Source: the human T2T-CHM13v2.0 reference genome, Homo sapiens. Taken from it: 64,000 bases of DNA. The notes under the pieces were generated by a model. It had not been told where the DNA came from. It did no database searches and saw only the letters and a program-made list of their open reading frames with translations. The stretch lies in assembly GCF_009914755.1 (NCBI RefSeq), contig NC_060927.1. One strand, 5' to 3'. Position 1 is the stretch's first letter. Each line of letters opens with the position of its first letter. Shown here piece by piece: positions 39,304-52,302 of this stretch. A program made the translations under genes and the position numbers.

Positions 39304-39660
39304 CATATTTCTCCATTGGGAGAACTATAAAAAAGTACTATAAACTGGGTAGCTTATAAACAACTTAATTCTCACAGCTCTGGAAACTGGGAAGTCCAAG
39401 ATCAAGATGCTGACAGATTCAGTGTCTGGTGAGGGCCTGCTTTCTGATTCATAGAAGATGCCTTCTTACTGTGCCCTTATACAGTGGAAGAGATAAAGGA
39501 TCTATCGGCAATATATTTTGTAAGGGCACTAATCCCATTCATAAGGCCTCCACCTTCATGACCTAATCACCTCCCAAAGGCCCTGTTTCCTAGCACTGTC
39601 ATCTTTGGGTTAGGATTTCAACATACAAATTTTGGGGACACAAACCTTAAGACCATAGTA
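39304..39660 (-). mobile_element. MLT1A0-like solo LTR
   Basis: CTGGGAAGTCCAAGATCAAG...GTGTCTGGTGAGGGCC...AAGGGCACTAATCCCATTCAT...GACCTAATCACCTCCCAAAGGCCC...AGACCATAGTA. Confidence 0.9.
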
Positions 39661-39674
39661 TTTAGGTTACCTGC

Positions 39675-42006
39675 TGTTATGGTTTGGCTGTGTCCTCACA
39701 GAAAAATCTCATCTTGAATTGTAATCTGAATTATAATCCCCAGGTGTTGGGGGAGGGACCTCATGGGATGTAATTGAATCATGTGGGCAGTTTCCCCATG
39801 TTTTTCTTGTGATAGTGTGTAAATTCTCATGAAATCTGATGGTTTTGTAAGGGGCTTTGCACTTCGCTTGGCTCTCATTCTCTCTCCTGCCAGCCTGTGA
39901 AGAGGTGCCTTTCACCATGAGTGTAAGTTTCATGAGGCCTCCCCAGCAATGCAGAACTGTGAGTGAAGTAAACCTCTTTCCTTTATAAATTACCCAGTCT
40001 TGGGCAGTTCTTTCTGGCAGCATGAGAGTAGACTAATATAGTAAATTTGTACCAGGAGAGAGTGGGGTGCTGCGGTAAAGACACCTGAAAATGTGGAAGT
40101 GACTTTGTAACTGGGTAACAGGCAGAGGTTGGAACAGTTTGTAAGGTTCAGAAGAAGACAGGAAAATGTGTGAAAGTTTAAAACTTCCTAGAGACTTGGA
40201 GTGCTCAGAAAACAGGAAGATATGAGAAAATTTGGAATGTCCTAGAAATTTGTTTAAATGGCTTTAACCAAAATGCTGATAGTGATACGGACAATAAAGT
40301 CCAGGCTGAAGTGGTTTCAGACGGAGATGAGGAAATTGTTGGGAACTGGAGTAAAGGTCACTCTTACTATGCAAAGAGACTGGTGGCATTCTGCCTCTGC
40401 CCTAGAGATCTGTGGAACTTTGAACTTGAGAGAGATGATTTAGGGTATCTGGCAGAAGAAATTTCTAAGCAGCAAAGCATTCAAGAGGAAGCAGAGCATT
40501 AAAGTTTGGAAAACTTGAAGCCTGATGATGTGATAGAAAAGAAAACCCCATTTTCTGGGGAGAAATTCAAACTGGCTGCATAAATTTGCGTAAGTAATGA
40601 GGAGCCAAATGTTAATCACCAAGACAATGGGGAAAATGTCTCCAGGGCATGTCAGAGACCTTTACAGCAGCCCCTCCTATCACAGGCCTGGAGGCCTATG
40701 AGGAAAAAATGGTTTTATGGGCAAGGCCCAGGGCCCCCCTGCTCCATGCAGCCTCAGGACATGGTGCCCTGCATCCCAGCTGCTTCAGCTCCAGCTGTGG
40801 CTAAAAGGGGCTGATGTACAGCTCAGGACATTGCTTCAGAGGTCATAATCCCCAAGCCTTGGCAACTTACACACAGTGGTGGGCCTGACAAGAATTGAGG
40901 TTTGGGAACCTCTGCCTGGATTTCAGAAGTTTTATAGAAATGCCTGGATGTCCAGGCAGAAATCTTCTGCAAGGGCAGAACCCTCCTGGAGAACCTCTGC
41001 TAGTGCAATGTGGAAGGGAAATATGGGGTTGAAGCCCCCAAAAGAGAGTCCTCACTGGGGCACTGACTAATGGAGCTGTGAAAAGAGGGCCACCATCCTG
41101 AAGACCCCAGAATTGTAGACCCACTGATAGCTTGCACTGTGTTCCTGAAAAGCCACAGATGTTCAACATCAGCTGTAAAAGCAGCCAGGAGGGGAGCTGT
41201 ACCTTGCAAAGCCACAAGGATGGAGCTTCCCAAAGGCTGTGGAAGCCCACCTCTTGCATCAGCATGATCTGGATATGAGACAGTGAGTCTAAGAAGATCA
41301 TTTTGGAAGTTTAAGATTTAAGGACTGTCTTATTGTATTTTGGACTTGCATGGGGCCTGTAGCCCCTTTGTTTTGGCCAATTTCTCCCATTTGGAACAGG
41401 TGTATTTAACCATTGCCTGTAACCCCATTGTATCTAGGAAGTAACTACATTCTTTTGATTTTACAAGCTCATAGGCAGAAGGGACTTTCCTTGTCTCAGA
41501 TGAAGCACTTTGGACTTGGACTTTTGGGTTAATGCTGGAATGAGTTAAGACTTAAGGCGACTGTTGGAAGGCCATGATTGTGTTTTGAAATGTGAGGACA
41601 TGGGATTTGGAAGGGTCTGGGGGTGGAATAATATGATTTGACTGTGTCTCTACCCAGAAATCTCATCTTGAATTGTAATCTGAATTATAATCCCCACATA
41701 CTGGGAGAGGGACCTCATGGAAGGTAATTGAATCATGGAGGCAGTTCCCCCATGCTATTCTTGTGATAGTAAGTTCTCACAAGATCTGAAGGTTTTATAA
41801 GGGGCTTCCCCCTTCACTCGACTCTCATTCTGTCTCCTGTCACCCTGTGAAGAGGTTTGGCTATGACTCTAGGTTTGGCAGAAAACTGGAAGTTTTCTGA
41901 GGCCTCTACAAACATGTAGAACTAGGGAGTCAATTAAACCTCTTTCCTTTATTAATTAACCAGTCTCTGGCAGTTCTTTATAGCAGTGTGAGAAAGGACT
42001 AATACA
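39675..42006 (+). mobile_element. Complete THE1 (THE1C-like) MaLR element: 5' LTR 39675-40040, internal 40041-41628, 3' LTR 41629-42006
   Basis: Two THE1 LTRs around THE1 internal sequence (relic ORF 40311-40502, VSDGDEEIVGNWSKGHS); perfect 5-bp TSD CCTGC at 39670-39674 and 42007-42011. Confidence 0.95.
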
Positions 42007-42239
42007 CCTGCAATTATTTAATTATATGTTACTAAATTATTCTTTATAAATATGACAAAAATTAATATTCCCACAGTTTCATGTAAGTGTTCCATGGGAC
42101 AGAGAAACCCTTTTAAGAATACTGAGTATTGAATTTTTTGAATGATTACAAACTTTGTAAATAAAATGTTATGTCCTTAATTTGTTCTTTATTTTAATTT
42201 AACTTTTTTAAATATTATATTTCATGCATTTATTCATAA

Positions 42240-42900
<661 letters not shown>

Positions 42901-42925
<25 letters not shown>
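42901..42925. repeat. (TA)n microsatellite
   Basis: (TA)12 directly after the Alu. Confidence 0.95.
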
Positions 42926-43284
42926 TTAATTCACTACTTGTTTAAGTTGCTTACAAAGTCTGTCATTTTAAATAAATGATTTCTTCAAGTTTAACTTTTG
43001 CCTCTTAAAGTCAAGTAATTTTTTTTTGGCACAAGAAATACTTGGGCATTTATATAATCAAATCTATCAATATTTACCTTTGTAATTTTTTTCATTTATT
43101 CCAGGAACACAGAGTTCTTGGCATGCAAAGATTTAAAAATGTACTTCCATATTTTACTCTAGTCTTAATATATTTTCAGGTTTTTTTTTTACATTTAACT
43201 ATTTGACATATGTGATACATGTTGTACAAATTTATTTTCCTCCCTTAATAGTAGGGCCAAGTTTCACTGCATCCATTGTTAAAC

Positions 43285-43525
43285 TGACATTTCCCAAAAT
43301 TTATGCCTTAGAACACTCAATTTACAAGTTCCTTCTTTTAAAACAAAAAAAAATTTGTTTTAATTTTTGTGGTCAAATCATTAAGCCAAATGCTACACCT
43401 GTTCCTCTTTGTTACTTTATAATGCACAAATGTTTTAATGCATTAATGACCCTGAATGGTTCTTCAACAACTAATCCTGTTTAAGTGTTTAATCCTTCAC
43501 TTTCTAATCTCATTTGAATCATTTT
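43285..43525. mobile_element. hAT-Charlie relic (MER112-like)
   Basis: ATTTCCCAAAATTT...TTGTGGTCAAAT...ATAATGCACA...CCTGTTTAAGTGTTTAATCC...ATTTGA. Confidence 0.45.
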
Positions 43526-43689
43526 TAGGCATCCCTCCACAGAAGAAAGGCAAAAGGGAAATAACACAAAGTGTATCATCCAGTGAAGAATAACATTTGT
43601 TTGAAGAGTTCATTAGTTCAATTTAAGACAGAGAAGAATAGAAACTGCAGCCAACATCTAGCCAATATTTATTTACTCCACAACAGGCC

Positions 43690-43730
43690 ATCGGACTACA
43701 TCTTGAGTTATCGGACTACATCTTGAGTTA
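43690..43730. repeat. Perfect 20-bp tandem duplication
   Basis: TCGGACTACATCTTGAGTTA at 43691-43710 and 43711-43730. Confidence 0.97.
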
Positions 43731-43919
43731 GGACAATTCAATAAAAAAGTTACCTTCCATATGTCCATTTAAAAGAGACAGTTTAGATTTAGGAATTTAA
43801 ACACCTTCTTCAAATGGACATAGTAGCAAATGCTCATATTATCTGAACTCAAGTCAGAATTTGTCCAAGGCTGTTTTCCTCCAGATAAGCTTTTATTATT
43901 TTGTAAAAACGAGGGCACT

Positions 43920-44992
43920 CCAAGGGGCAGTCTACAGATTCAACACTATTCCTATCAAACTACCGATGTCATTGTTCACAGAATTGGAAGAAAACTATTA
44001 TAAAATTTATATGAAACCAAAAGAGTCCGAATACCTAAAGCAATCCTCAGGAAAAAGAGCAAACCTGGAGGCATCACATTAGCCAACTTCAAACCATACC
44101 ATAAGGCTACACTAACCAAAACAGCACAGTGCCAGTACAAAAACAGACACATAGACCAAGGGAACAGAATAAAGAACCCAGAAACAAAGCTGCACACCTA
44201 CAGCCATCTAACATTTGACAGAGTAAACAAAAATAAGCAAAAGGGAAAGAACTTACTATTCAATACATTGAATGGTGCTGGAATAGCCAGCTAGCCATGC
44301 CAAAGAATGAAGCTGGACCTCTACGTTTCATCATATATAAAAATTAAATCAAGATGGATTAAAAATTTAAATGTAAGACTTCAAACTCTAAGAATCCTAG
44401 AAGAAAATCCAGGAAACATGATTCTGTACATTGGCCTTGGGAAAGCATCATGACTAACTATTCAAAAACAATTGCAACAGAAACAAAAATTGACAAGTCA
44501 GACCTAATTAACTAAAGAGCTTCTACACAGCAAAAGAAACCATTAACAGAATAAACAGACAACCTTCAGAATGAGAGAGAACATTTGCAAACTATGCATC
44601 CAACAGAGATCTAATATCCAGAATCTATAAGGAACTTAAACAATTGAACAAGCAAAAAATAAATAACCCCACTTAAAAAATGGGCAAAAGACATAAACAG
44701 ACATTTCTTAAAAGACGACATACAAGTGACCAACAAGTATATGAGAAAATGCTTCGCATCTCTAATCATCAGAGAATGCAAATCAAAACCACAATGAGAT
44801 ACCATCTCACACCAGTCAGGATGGCTATTATTAAAAAGTCAAAAAACAACAGATGTTGGTGAGGCTGCTGAGAAAAGGGAATGCTTATCCGCTGTTGGTG
44901 CCAATGTAAATTAGTGCAGCCACTGTGGAAAGCAGTTTGGAAATTTCTCAAAGAACTTAAAACAGAACTGCCATTGAACCCAGCAATCCCTT

Positions 44993-45034
<42 letters not shown>

Positions 45035-45552
45035 ATGTGAAACAACCCAAATTGTTCTACCAAAAAGACACATGCTCTCATACATTAATTGCAACACTTT
45101 TCACAATAACCAAGTCACGGAATCAACCTAGGTACCCGTCAATGGTGGATTGAATAAAGAAAATGTGGTACATGTACACCACGGAATACCACACCGTCAT
45201 AAAATGAATTAAATCATGTCTTTTGCAGCAACATAGAGGTAGCTGGAGGCCATTGTCTTAAGCAAGTTAATGCAGAAACAGAAAACCAATTACCACATGT
45301 TCTCACTTATAAATGGGAGCTAAACATCGGGTGCTCACGGACATAAAGACGGCAAAAATAGACACTGGCGACTACTAGAGTGGGAAGGGAGGGAGGGGGC
45401 AAGGGCTGATAAACTAACTCTTGAGTATTATGCTCAGTACTTGGGTGAAAGGATCATTCATACCTCAAACCTAAGCATCACAAGTATACTCAGGTAACAA
45501 ATTTGTGCATGTAACCCCTGAATCTAAAGTAAAAGTTGAAAAAGAAAAAAAA
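43920..45552 (+). mobile_element. L1PA16-like 3' portion (ORF2 C-terminus, 3' UTR, A tail)
   Basis: ORF2p relics AVYRFNTIPIKLP and [28 protein letters not shown]; 3' UTR GGACATAAAGA...GACTACTAGAG...CCCCTGAATCTAAAGTAAAAGTTGAAAAA. Confidence 0.93.
44998..45033. repeat. (TG)18 microsatellite inside the L1
   Basis: Uninterrupted TG repeat. Confidence 0.96.
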
Positions 45553-45693
45553 CGTGAAATAAAAATAAATAAATAAAATAACCACACAGAGGAATAAAAA
45601 AGAAAAAAATCAATAAAATTAGAAGCTAGTTCCTTAAAAAGATCAATAAAATGTATAAACCTTTAGCCAGACTGTTTAAAAATCAAACAAAAA
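45553..45693 (+). other. Putative 3'-transduced segment (older L1M ORF2 sliver plus second A tail)
   Basis: AATCAATAAAATTAGAAGCTAGTTCCTTAAAAAGATCAATAAAATGTATAAACCTTTAGCCAGACT resembles the [23 protein letters not shown] region; it lies inside the apparent TSD pair. Confidence 0.65.
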
Positions 45694-46959
45694 AAAAATG
45701 AGAGCATTTGAATGTCTTAAAGGAAGGAATGCAGTCTAGCCTTTCAAATGCCCTAATCGTAAAGCATCCCCTAAGACACATTTATGCAAAATTATGTGAT
45801 TATTCAAAAATCCTTTTCAAAATCAATTCCTGTCCATCTCCCATCTCATCTTTTGGGGGCTGGAAAATCATTCCTTTATTAACAACTTTGGAATCTTCTG
45901 ATCCCAGATCAGGAGATGGAACAAGAACCTGCAGTTCCTTGTTAGGCCATACAATGGATCAGTGATCTAGTGCATTATGGACAAATCGTTGTCACATGGA
46001 CCATCTCACTATGGAGTTAGCCACTGGGTAAAGTCAGTCATAGGCAGAGAAACAAAAAAGCCAAATCAAACTCTGGATCCAGGCAGACGCTATGTCTATA
46101 AGCAATTGTGTGATCTGCACTGTATTTGACAGATGAACTCCAAGTTCACTGATTGATGCAGCAACTTATCTGACCTGGAAAGCAAGAAGCAAGACTCAGG
46201 ATGGGTAATCAGTTTAAGGAAGGGGAGAAGACATTCATAAAAGAAGTCTTCAGATTATTTTACTTTATTGTAAAATGTGATTGGGATTAGGGGTAGAGTG
46301 GCTGTTTTTTAGCTCACATTCATGTTTGTTGCAACAACAAAGTACAAGGCCATGCATTTAGTAGGTGCTCAACAAAAATTTCAAAGTGGTTGAAAAGTAT
46401 TAGAAGGATCAGAAGTTAGAAACAAGGGAAAGAAGGAAGGAAAAAAGAGAATTTAAAACACTTCACTCTCCTAATAGACAAGCTGAATCATCAAAAGCAG
46501 GCAGATTCCCTAGTATCTTACAGAGAAGGATTGTGGCAGAGTTTTGGAAATAACCCACTTCTTTATGATCTGTCCTCCAAAGAACATTAATAAAAGAATA
46601 TCTGAAAATAGTCTTTTCACACTGACCTTCATTTGTTCTAGATACCAAAAGCATGCAGAATTGGTATCCCACCAGCAGTGGGGCCCAGGCAGTGGAGAAA
46701 ATGTGCGGAAAAGTTTATCCCTTTAGTGCCATCTCCAATTGAAGTGACTATTGCAGGCAACTCATTGAATGATTATTCTGACCCATTAATGTTTCAGACA
46801 GATGAAGGACTCTCTATAGTCATAAATAAAGTTGTTGTAGGGAATTTCTCGACCTCAGTCTAAAGATTTTTAAGTCTGTCTTCCAGCAGATGAGCTAGAA
46901 TATTTTAGGGATGTCTTCCCTTTCCTGGAACTTAGAGTGAAAACATTTTCTTGGAACTG

Positions 46960-47210
46960 CTACAAAGTGGCATGTCTGGTTTTAAAGAGCAGAGACTTGG
47001 TCAACAGAAAGCCTTGGCTGGAAGTTTAGTCCTACCACTTACTAGCTGTAAGTCTTTGAGCGGCATTTATCTAATGTATCCAAGACTCAGTTTCATTTGG
47101 CATAAAATGAGGATAATAATGGTACCTATTTTATAGTGTTGTTAATGGCATTACAGAGATAGCATATGAAAAAGGTGGACTAGGTACAGACTCTCAGCAA
47201 GTGACAGTTT
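46960..47210 (+). mobile_element. MIR
   Basis: CCACTTACTAGCTGT...CTCAGTTTC...TAAAATGAGGATAATAATGGTACCT. Confidence 0.85.
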
Positions 47211-47494
47211 ATTTCTTCCTTTCTTTATTGGGGGTACTTTTATCATATTTTTATCACCTAGCAGTGTCTGTCAGGAATACCTGAGATCATTCTCAGGATT
47301 TATTGGCCTTTATTTAACAGACACAAGTAAAGTGATAAACCATAAAAAGTCAGCGTGGATTTAGGGTAGTAATGTTAATATAAAACCTGTATCTTAATGC
47401 TACCCAAGAGTCAAAGTTGTAAGATTAGGAATAATTACCAATGAGTTAAATAGGAATGTGGTCTGTCTCTCTCTAGCTCCTTCCTCCTACTCTC

Positions 47495-47872
47495 TGTCTT
47501 AGTGTGCTCAGGCTGCTGTAACAAAATACTGTCAAGTGGGTAACTTAAACAAAAGACATTTATTTCTCACCATTCTGTTGGCTGGGAAGTCCAAGTTCAA
47601 GGTGTCAGCAGACTCAGTTCTTGGTGAGGGGTCTGTTACTGGCTTGCAGATGGCTGCCTTCTTATTGTATTCTCACATGGAAAAGAGAGAGAAAGAGAGC
47701 TCTGACCTTTTCCTCTTCTTATAGGGTTACTAATCCCATCATGGGGGCTTTATTCTCATGATGTCATCTAAGCATAATGAACTTCCAAAGGCACCACCTC
47801 CTAATACCATCATATTGGTGGCTAGAGCTTTAATATATGAATTTTGGAGGAAACAAACTTCAGTCCATAACA
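47495..47872 (-). mobile_element. MLT1A-like solo LTR
   Basis: TGTCTTAG...GCTCAGGCTGCTGTAACAAAATAC...GGCTTGCAGATGGCTGCCTTCT...TTCAGTCCATAACA. Confidence 0.9.
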
Positions 47873-48029
47873 TCTTCTCTTCTCCCTCATTATCCCACCT
47901 CTGCTTGCTCCTTCTCAATATCTGAGAATCCATTTAGTTAGCAAACACCATTGCTATAGGAAAGAGAAAGATAAGAACAATTATATAGGCTAACAAGAAT
48001 TTTTTTGCCATATATAAATAGCAATCTTT

Positions 48030-48331
48030 GGTTTTATTTTGTTTTGTTTTTTTGAGACAGAGTCTTGCTGTCACCCAGGCTGGAGTGCAGTGACACAATC
48101 GTGGCTCTGCAGCCTCAACCTCCTGGGCTCAATCCATCATCCCACCTCAGCCTCCCAAGTAGCTGGGGCTACAGGTGTGCATCACCATGTAGGGCTAATT
48201 TTTATATTTTCTGTAGAGACAGTGTTTCGCCATGTTGCCCAGGCTGATCTCGAACTCCTGAACTCTAGCAATCCACCTGCCTTCGCCTCCCGAAGTGCTG
48301 AGATTACAGGCATGAGCCATTGCACCCAGCT
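48030..48331 (-). mobile_element. Alu (AluJ)
   Basis: GCAGCCTCAACCTCCTGGGCTCAA and TGTAGAGAC...CATGTTGCCCAGGCTG are AluJ-type diagnostics. Confidence 0.93.
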
Positions 48332-48617
48332 GAGTGGCAGCCTTAATATATTACAAGACTCTAGACGGGCTATCTATATACCAGTGGAAAAATGCATGCA
48401 AATCAAATATTCTAAAATCAAAATCTTTGTTTTGCTTTAATGGTTTATAACTAGTAAATCTACAAAGCAAGCTAACAGAGGTATCTAGAAATGTATTTTT
48501 TTACTTGCTTATCCTGGGGGTTTTACCAAAACATTATATTATTTAAAGTGGCTACATATTTCAGTTATATTCTGTGGCTAGGTATTTCAATTACTGAACT
48601 GCCAGGTTTTACACTAC

Positions 48618-48931
48618 AGAGAACAGATCAAGAAACTTTTTCTATAAAGGGCCTGATAGTAAATATCTTAGGTTTCGTGGGCCATGTGGTCTTTGTCACA
48701 ACTAATCAACTGTCCTGTCATAGAACCAAAAGTAGCCACAGCGAATATATAAGCATAGCTGTATTCCAATAAAACTACATTTTTGACACAATCTTGAGTT
48801 TTATATAGTATTGCATGTCCCAAAACATTATTTCTATTTTGATTTTTTTAATCCATTTAAACATGTTAAAACCGTTCTTAGCTCCTGAATCTTACAAAGA
48901 CAGATAGTAAGCTGGATCTAGCTAACACCTA
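48618..48931. mobile_element. MER58B (hAT-Charlie)
   Basis: AAACTTTTTCTATAAAGGGCC...TAGTAAATAT...CTGTATTCCAATAAAACT...ATGTTAAAACCGTTCTTAGCTC. Confidence 0.85.
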
Positions 48932-49089
48932 CTCTACAGAACGTACCATGCTAATTTAAGCTTCTGAAATTATTAAAGTGGATGCTGCCAAATACCATTC
49001 ACATTCACTCATTCATGTCCCTTGGTTAGAAGAAGGAACCCTGGTTAGAACTCACCTTGAATGATTTGTTAAGAAAATCAAGATATTGT

Positions 49090-51315
49090 CTTCCAATTAA
49101 AGATGGAAGACTGAGCAGACCAATGACATTTGCTCCCTCCCAAAACCACACAAAAGAACTATGTATTTTAAAGCTATAAACCCATAGGGATGAAGATTCT
49201 GGTAGAGAACTCATACAAACACACACACACACACACAGACATACACACATACAACAGCAAAAAATGTTGAAGGCAAAAAAAAAGGAGATCAATAAGTGGT
49301 AACTAAATTAACAAATACAAGACAGCTTAATCCTAAGACTACTTGGGGAAAATGAATAGCAACCCAACTTATGTGGTAGAGCCCAAAAAGTCTACACAAT
49401 TAACATACTCTGCTAAAAAAAAAAAAAACAGTGAAAAGAGTAGGATTTTTTGAAAATCCGTTCAAAAATTATTGATCTCTCTAGATACCATCCCTTTATC
49501 CGGCAGATTACTACGAATTTATTCTACAAAGGATCAGAATGCCAAAATACTGGCAGCCAGGATTCTATCCTCAAAACAAGAGACTGGAAGACTTGGAGAA
49601 CTCAGTCCAGTCAAGAGAAACCTTCTAACAATACTGATATCAAGAGGTCTTCCCAAAATGGCTCATCCTGATCATGCTACAGAAAACACCTAGTTGAAAA
49701 GCCCATTGCAAGTACAGACATTTTGCAATCTGCTTCTTAGTACCACAGTCTTAAAAAATGAGCAGTCTCTGACATATGAGGTGGAGACCAAAGATAAATA
49801 AAACCACTGGAAAGAAAAAAAATTACAATGATAAAGAAACATCAAAAAATAATCATCAGTGTGATTAGGAAGATGAGAAATTAAGTTCATGAAATATGAA
49901 CAGTTTTTTTTAAAGGGTACACTCAGGGAATGTAAAGGAATTCTTAGAAAATAAAAATACCAGAAAGTAGACTTCAGTAAAGGAATTGGAGGGATTGAGG
50001 AGGAAGAAAAACTGTAAGAACATTAGAGGATAAATCTAACAGATCCGATATATGAAATAGAAGGAATTTTTAAAAAAACATAACCAAAAATTTGGCAAGG
50101 AGAAATTCTAAAAATAATATAGTTGGGGAAAATTTTCTGAAACTGAAAAACAGGTATTTTTGGATTTAAAAAGTCCACTGAGTTTCTAGAAAAATGGATT
50201 GACTGAAACAGATCCACACGAAGGGTAATTATTGGGAAATTTCAAAACTCTAAGAACAAAAGAAAATTCTATAAGCTTCCAAATGGAGGAAATATAAATT
50301 TAATTACATAAGATCAGCAATCATAATGGCATCACAACCTCACAACTTACAAATGACTATGTAGCAATGCCTTCAAAGCTATAGACAAAAATTATTTCAA
50401 CCTTGAATGCTATGTTCAGATAACTTTTCAAGTAATGAGTATAGAACAAAGACATTTTCAGATATTCAAGGGATCAAACATTATTCTGCCCATACACAAT
50501 TTCTAGGAAGCTACCAGAATGTATACTTCTCCAATGCACTATAGTAAACAACAGGAGAATGGGACACAGGAAATAGGTGATCCAATATAAGAAAGAGCTA
50601 CATAGAATCCAAAGGGTCATGGTCAGATGCCAAGGTACAGCTGTGCAGCTGGCCCAGAGAGAAATCTTCAGTCTAGGCTGCAGCAGGACAGAGAACTCCA
50701 GAGAAAAGTCTTTAAGAAGATGGCATTTATAAAAATGCTTGATGTGTTTTAATGTGCGAGAAAATTCACACAACTGAGTTGGGGGAAGTTTGGATTGAAT
50801 TAGTACAAAGAATAATAAGCAAATGTGTGAAGAAACTTGTAACTTCAGAGAAAATTAGAGTGAGAAAAGTAGTCAGATTAAGCCATATGACTAGTTGTGA
50901 ACAGAATTTTTCCAATCACTAATAAACACCAAAGATTTATCCAACAAAACCTATGAGATAATTAAATTTGGGGGTTAAGGATAATAGGAATTGTTCACGT
51001 TTTTGGTAGGGAATGTAAGAGTATAAGAAAGCTAAATTCCCTTTATCCATATTGGAGAGTCAATAGATAGTGTCTAAAAGTAAAAAATCACAGATAGTGA
51101 TTCAACCTGGTCATTTAGACATGGGGATAAATACCAAAAAAATTACCTGAAAGAATGGGGAAAAACGGTTTCTGAAGAAAAGGAAATGTTAAGGTAGAGG
51201 GAGAGTGACGGTAAACAATTGGTTTTTCATAAAAAGCCTTGTCAATTGCTTAACTCTTTAAAAACCATACACAAATATAAATTTGAATAAAATTAAAAAT
51301 TAAAATTAAAGAAAA
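49090..51315 (+). mobile_element. HAL1 (half-L1), near full length
   Basis: 5' CTTCCAATTAAAGATGG...; ORF1-like core GCAATGCCTTCAAA...AAAGACATTTTCAGATATTCAAGG...TTTCTAGGAAGCTAC; HAL1-type ACAGCTGTGCAGCTGGCCCAGAGAG; A-rich end near 51290-51315. Confidence 0.75.
49219..49250. repeat. (CA)n microsatellite, imperfect
   Basis: AC repeat inside HAL1. Confidence 0.85.
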
Positions 51316-51629
51316 GGAACATTTAGATGTTTCCCACTGATTCTTTCATGAAACCCTCCTGTGCAGAACTGTGTCAGTCTTCTGTTTAGGCATATGTTTG
51401 CCTTGGCCTCCCTAACCTTTATGAGCCACTATCATTTACTCTTCCAATTCTGTTAATTACTAAGTCAAGAATCTAAATTTTTCTGGAATCACAGATTAAC
51501 TGCGTCCCAAATATTTGTTGAAGGGTATAATCTTGAAATATCTACTGATATTTATCAAACCTTGGATTATCAATATTATATACATTTTAAAGTGGAAATT
51601 TGATTTTACCACAAACATTCCCTTAGATA

Positions 51630-51855
51630 AATAATTTTAAAGTTGTTTTAAGCCATAAGAATCATTTGTTCAATAAAACCTGACAAGGAAGTCCATGTTA
51701 TAAAACAGATAAAAGCTACAGTTGTCTGATGGAAACTGGAACATCACTGTCTGGCCCTTTCCACTGCTCACTCACAAGCCGTGATGGGGACCTGGGAGTA
51801 GGTTTAGAGATCTCAAACTCTATCTGTCTCCATGCAGCAATTTGAAAATCCTGCT
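51630..51855. mobile_element. hAT-Charlie MER relic
   Basis: GGAAGTCCATGTTATAAAACAGATAAAAGC...GCAATTTGAAAATCCTG terminus. Confidence 0.5.
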
Positions 51856-51890
51856 CTTTCTATCATGACAGACTATTAAACAGCCAGTAA

Positions 51891-52302
<412 letters not shown>

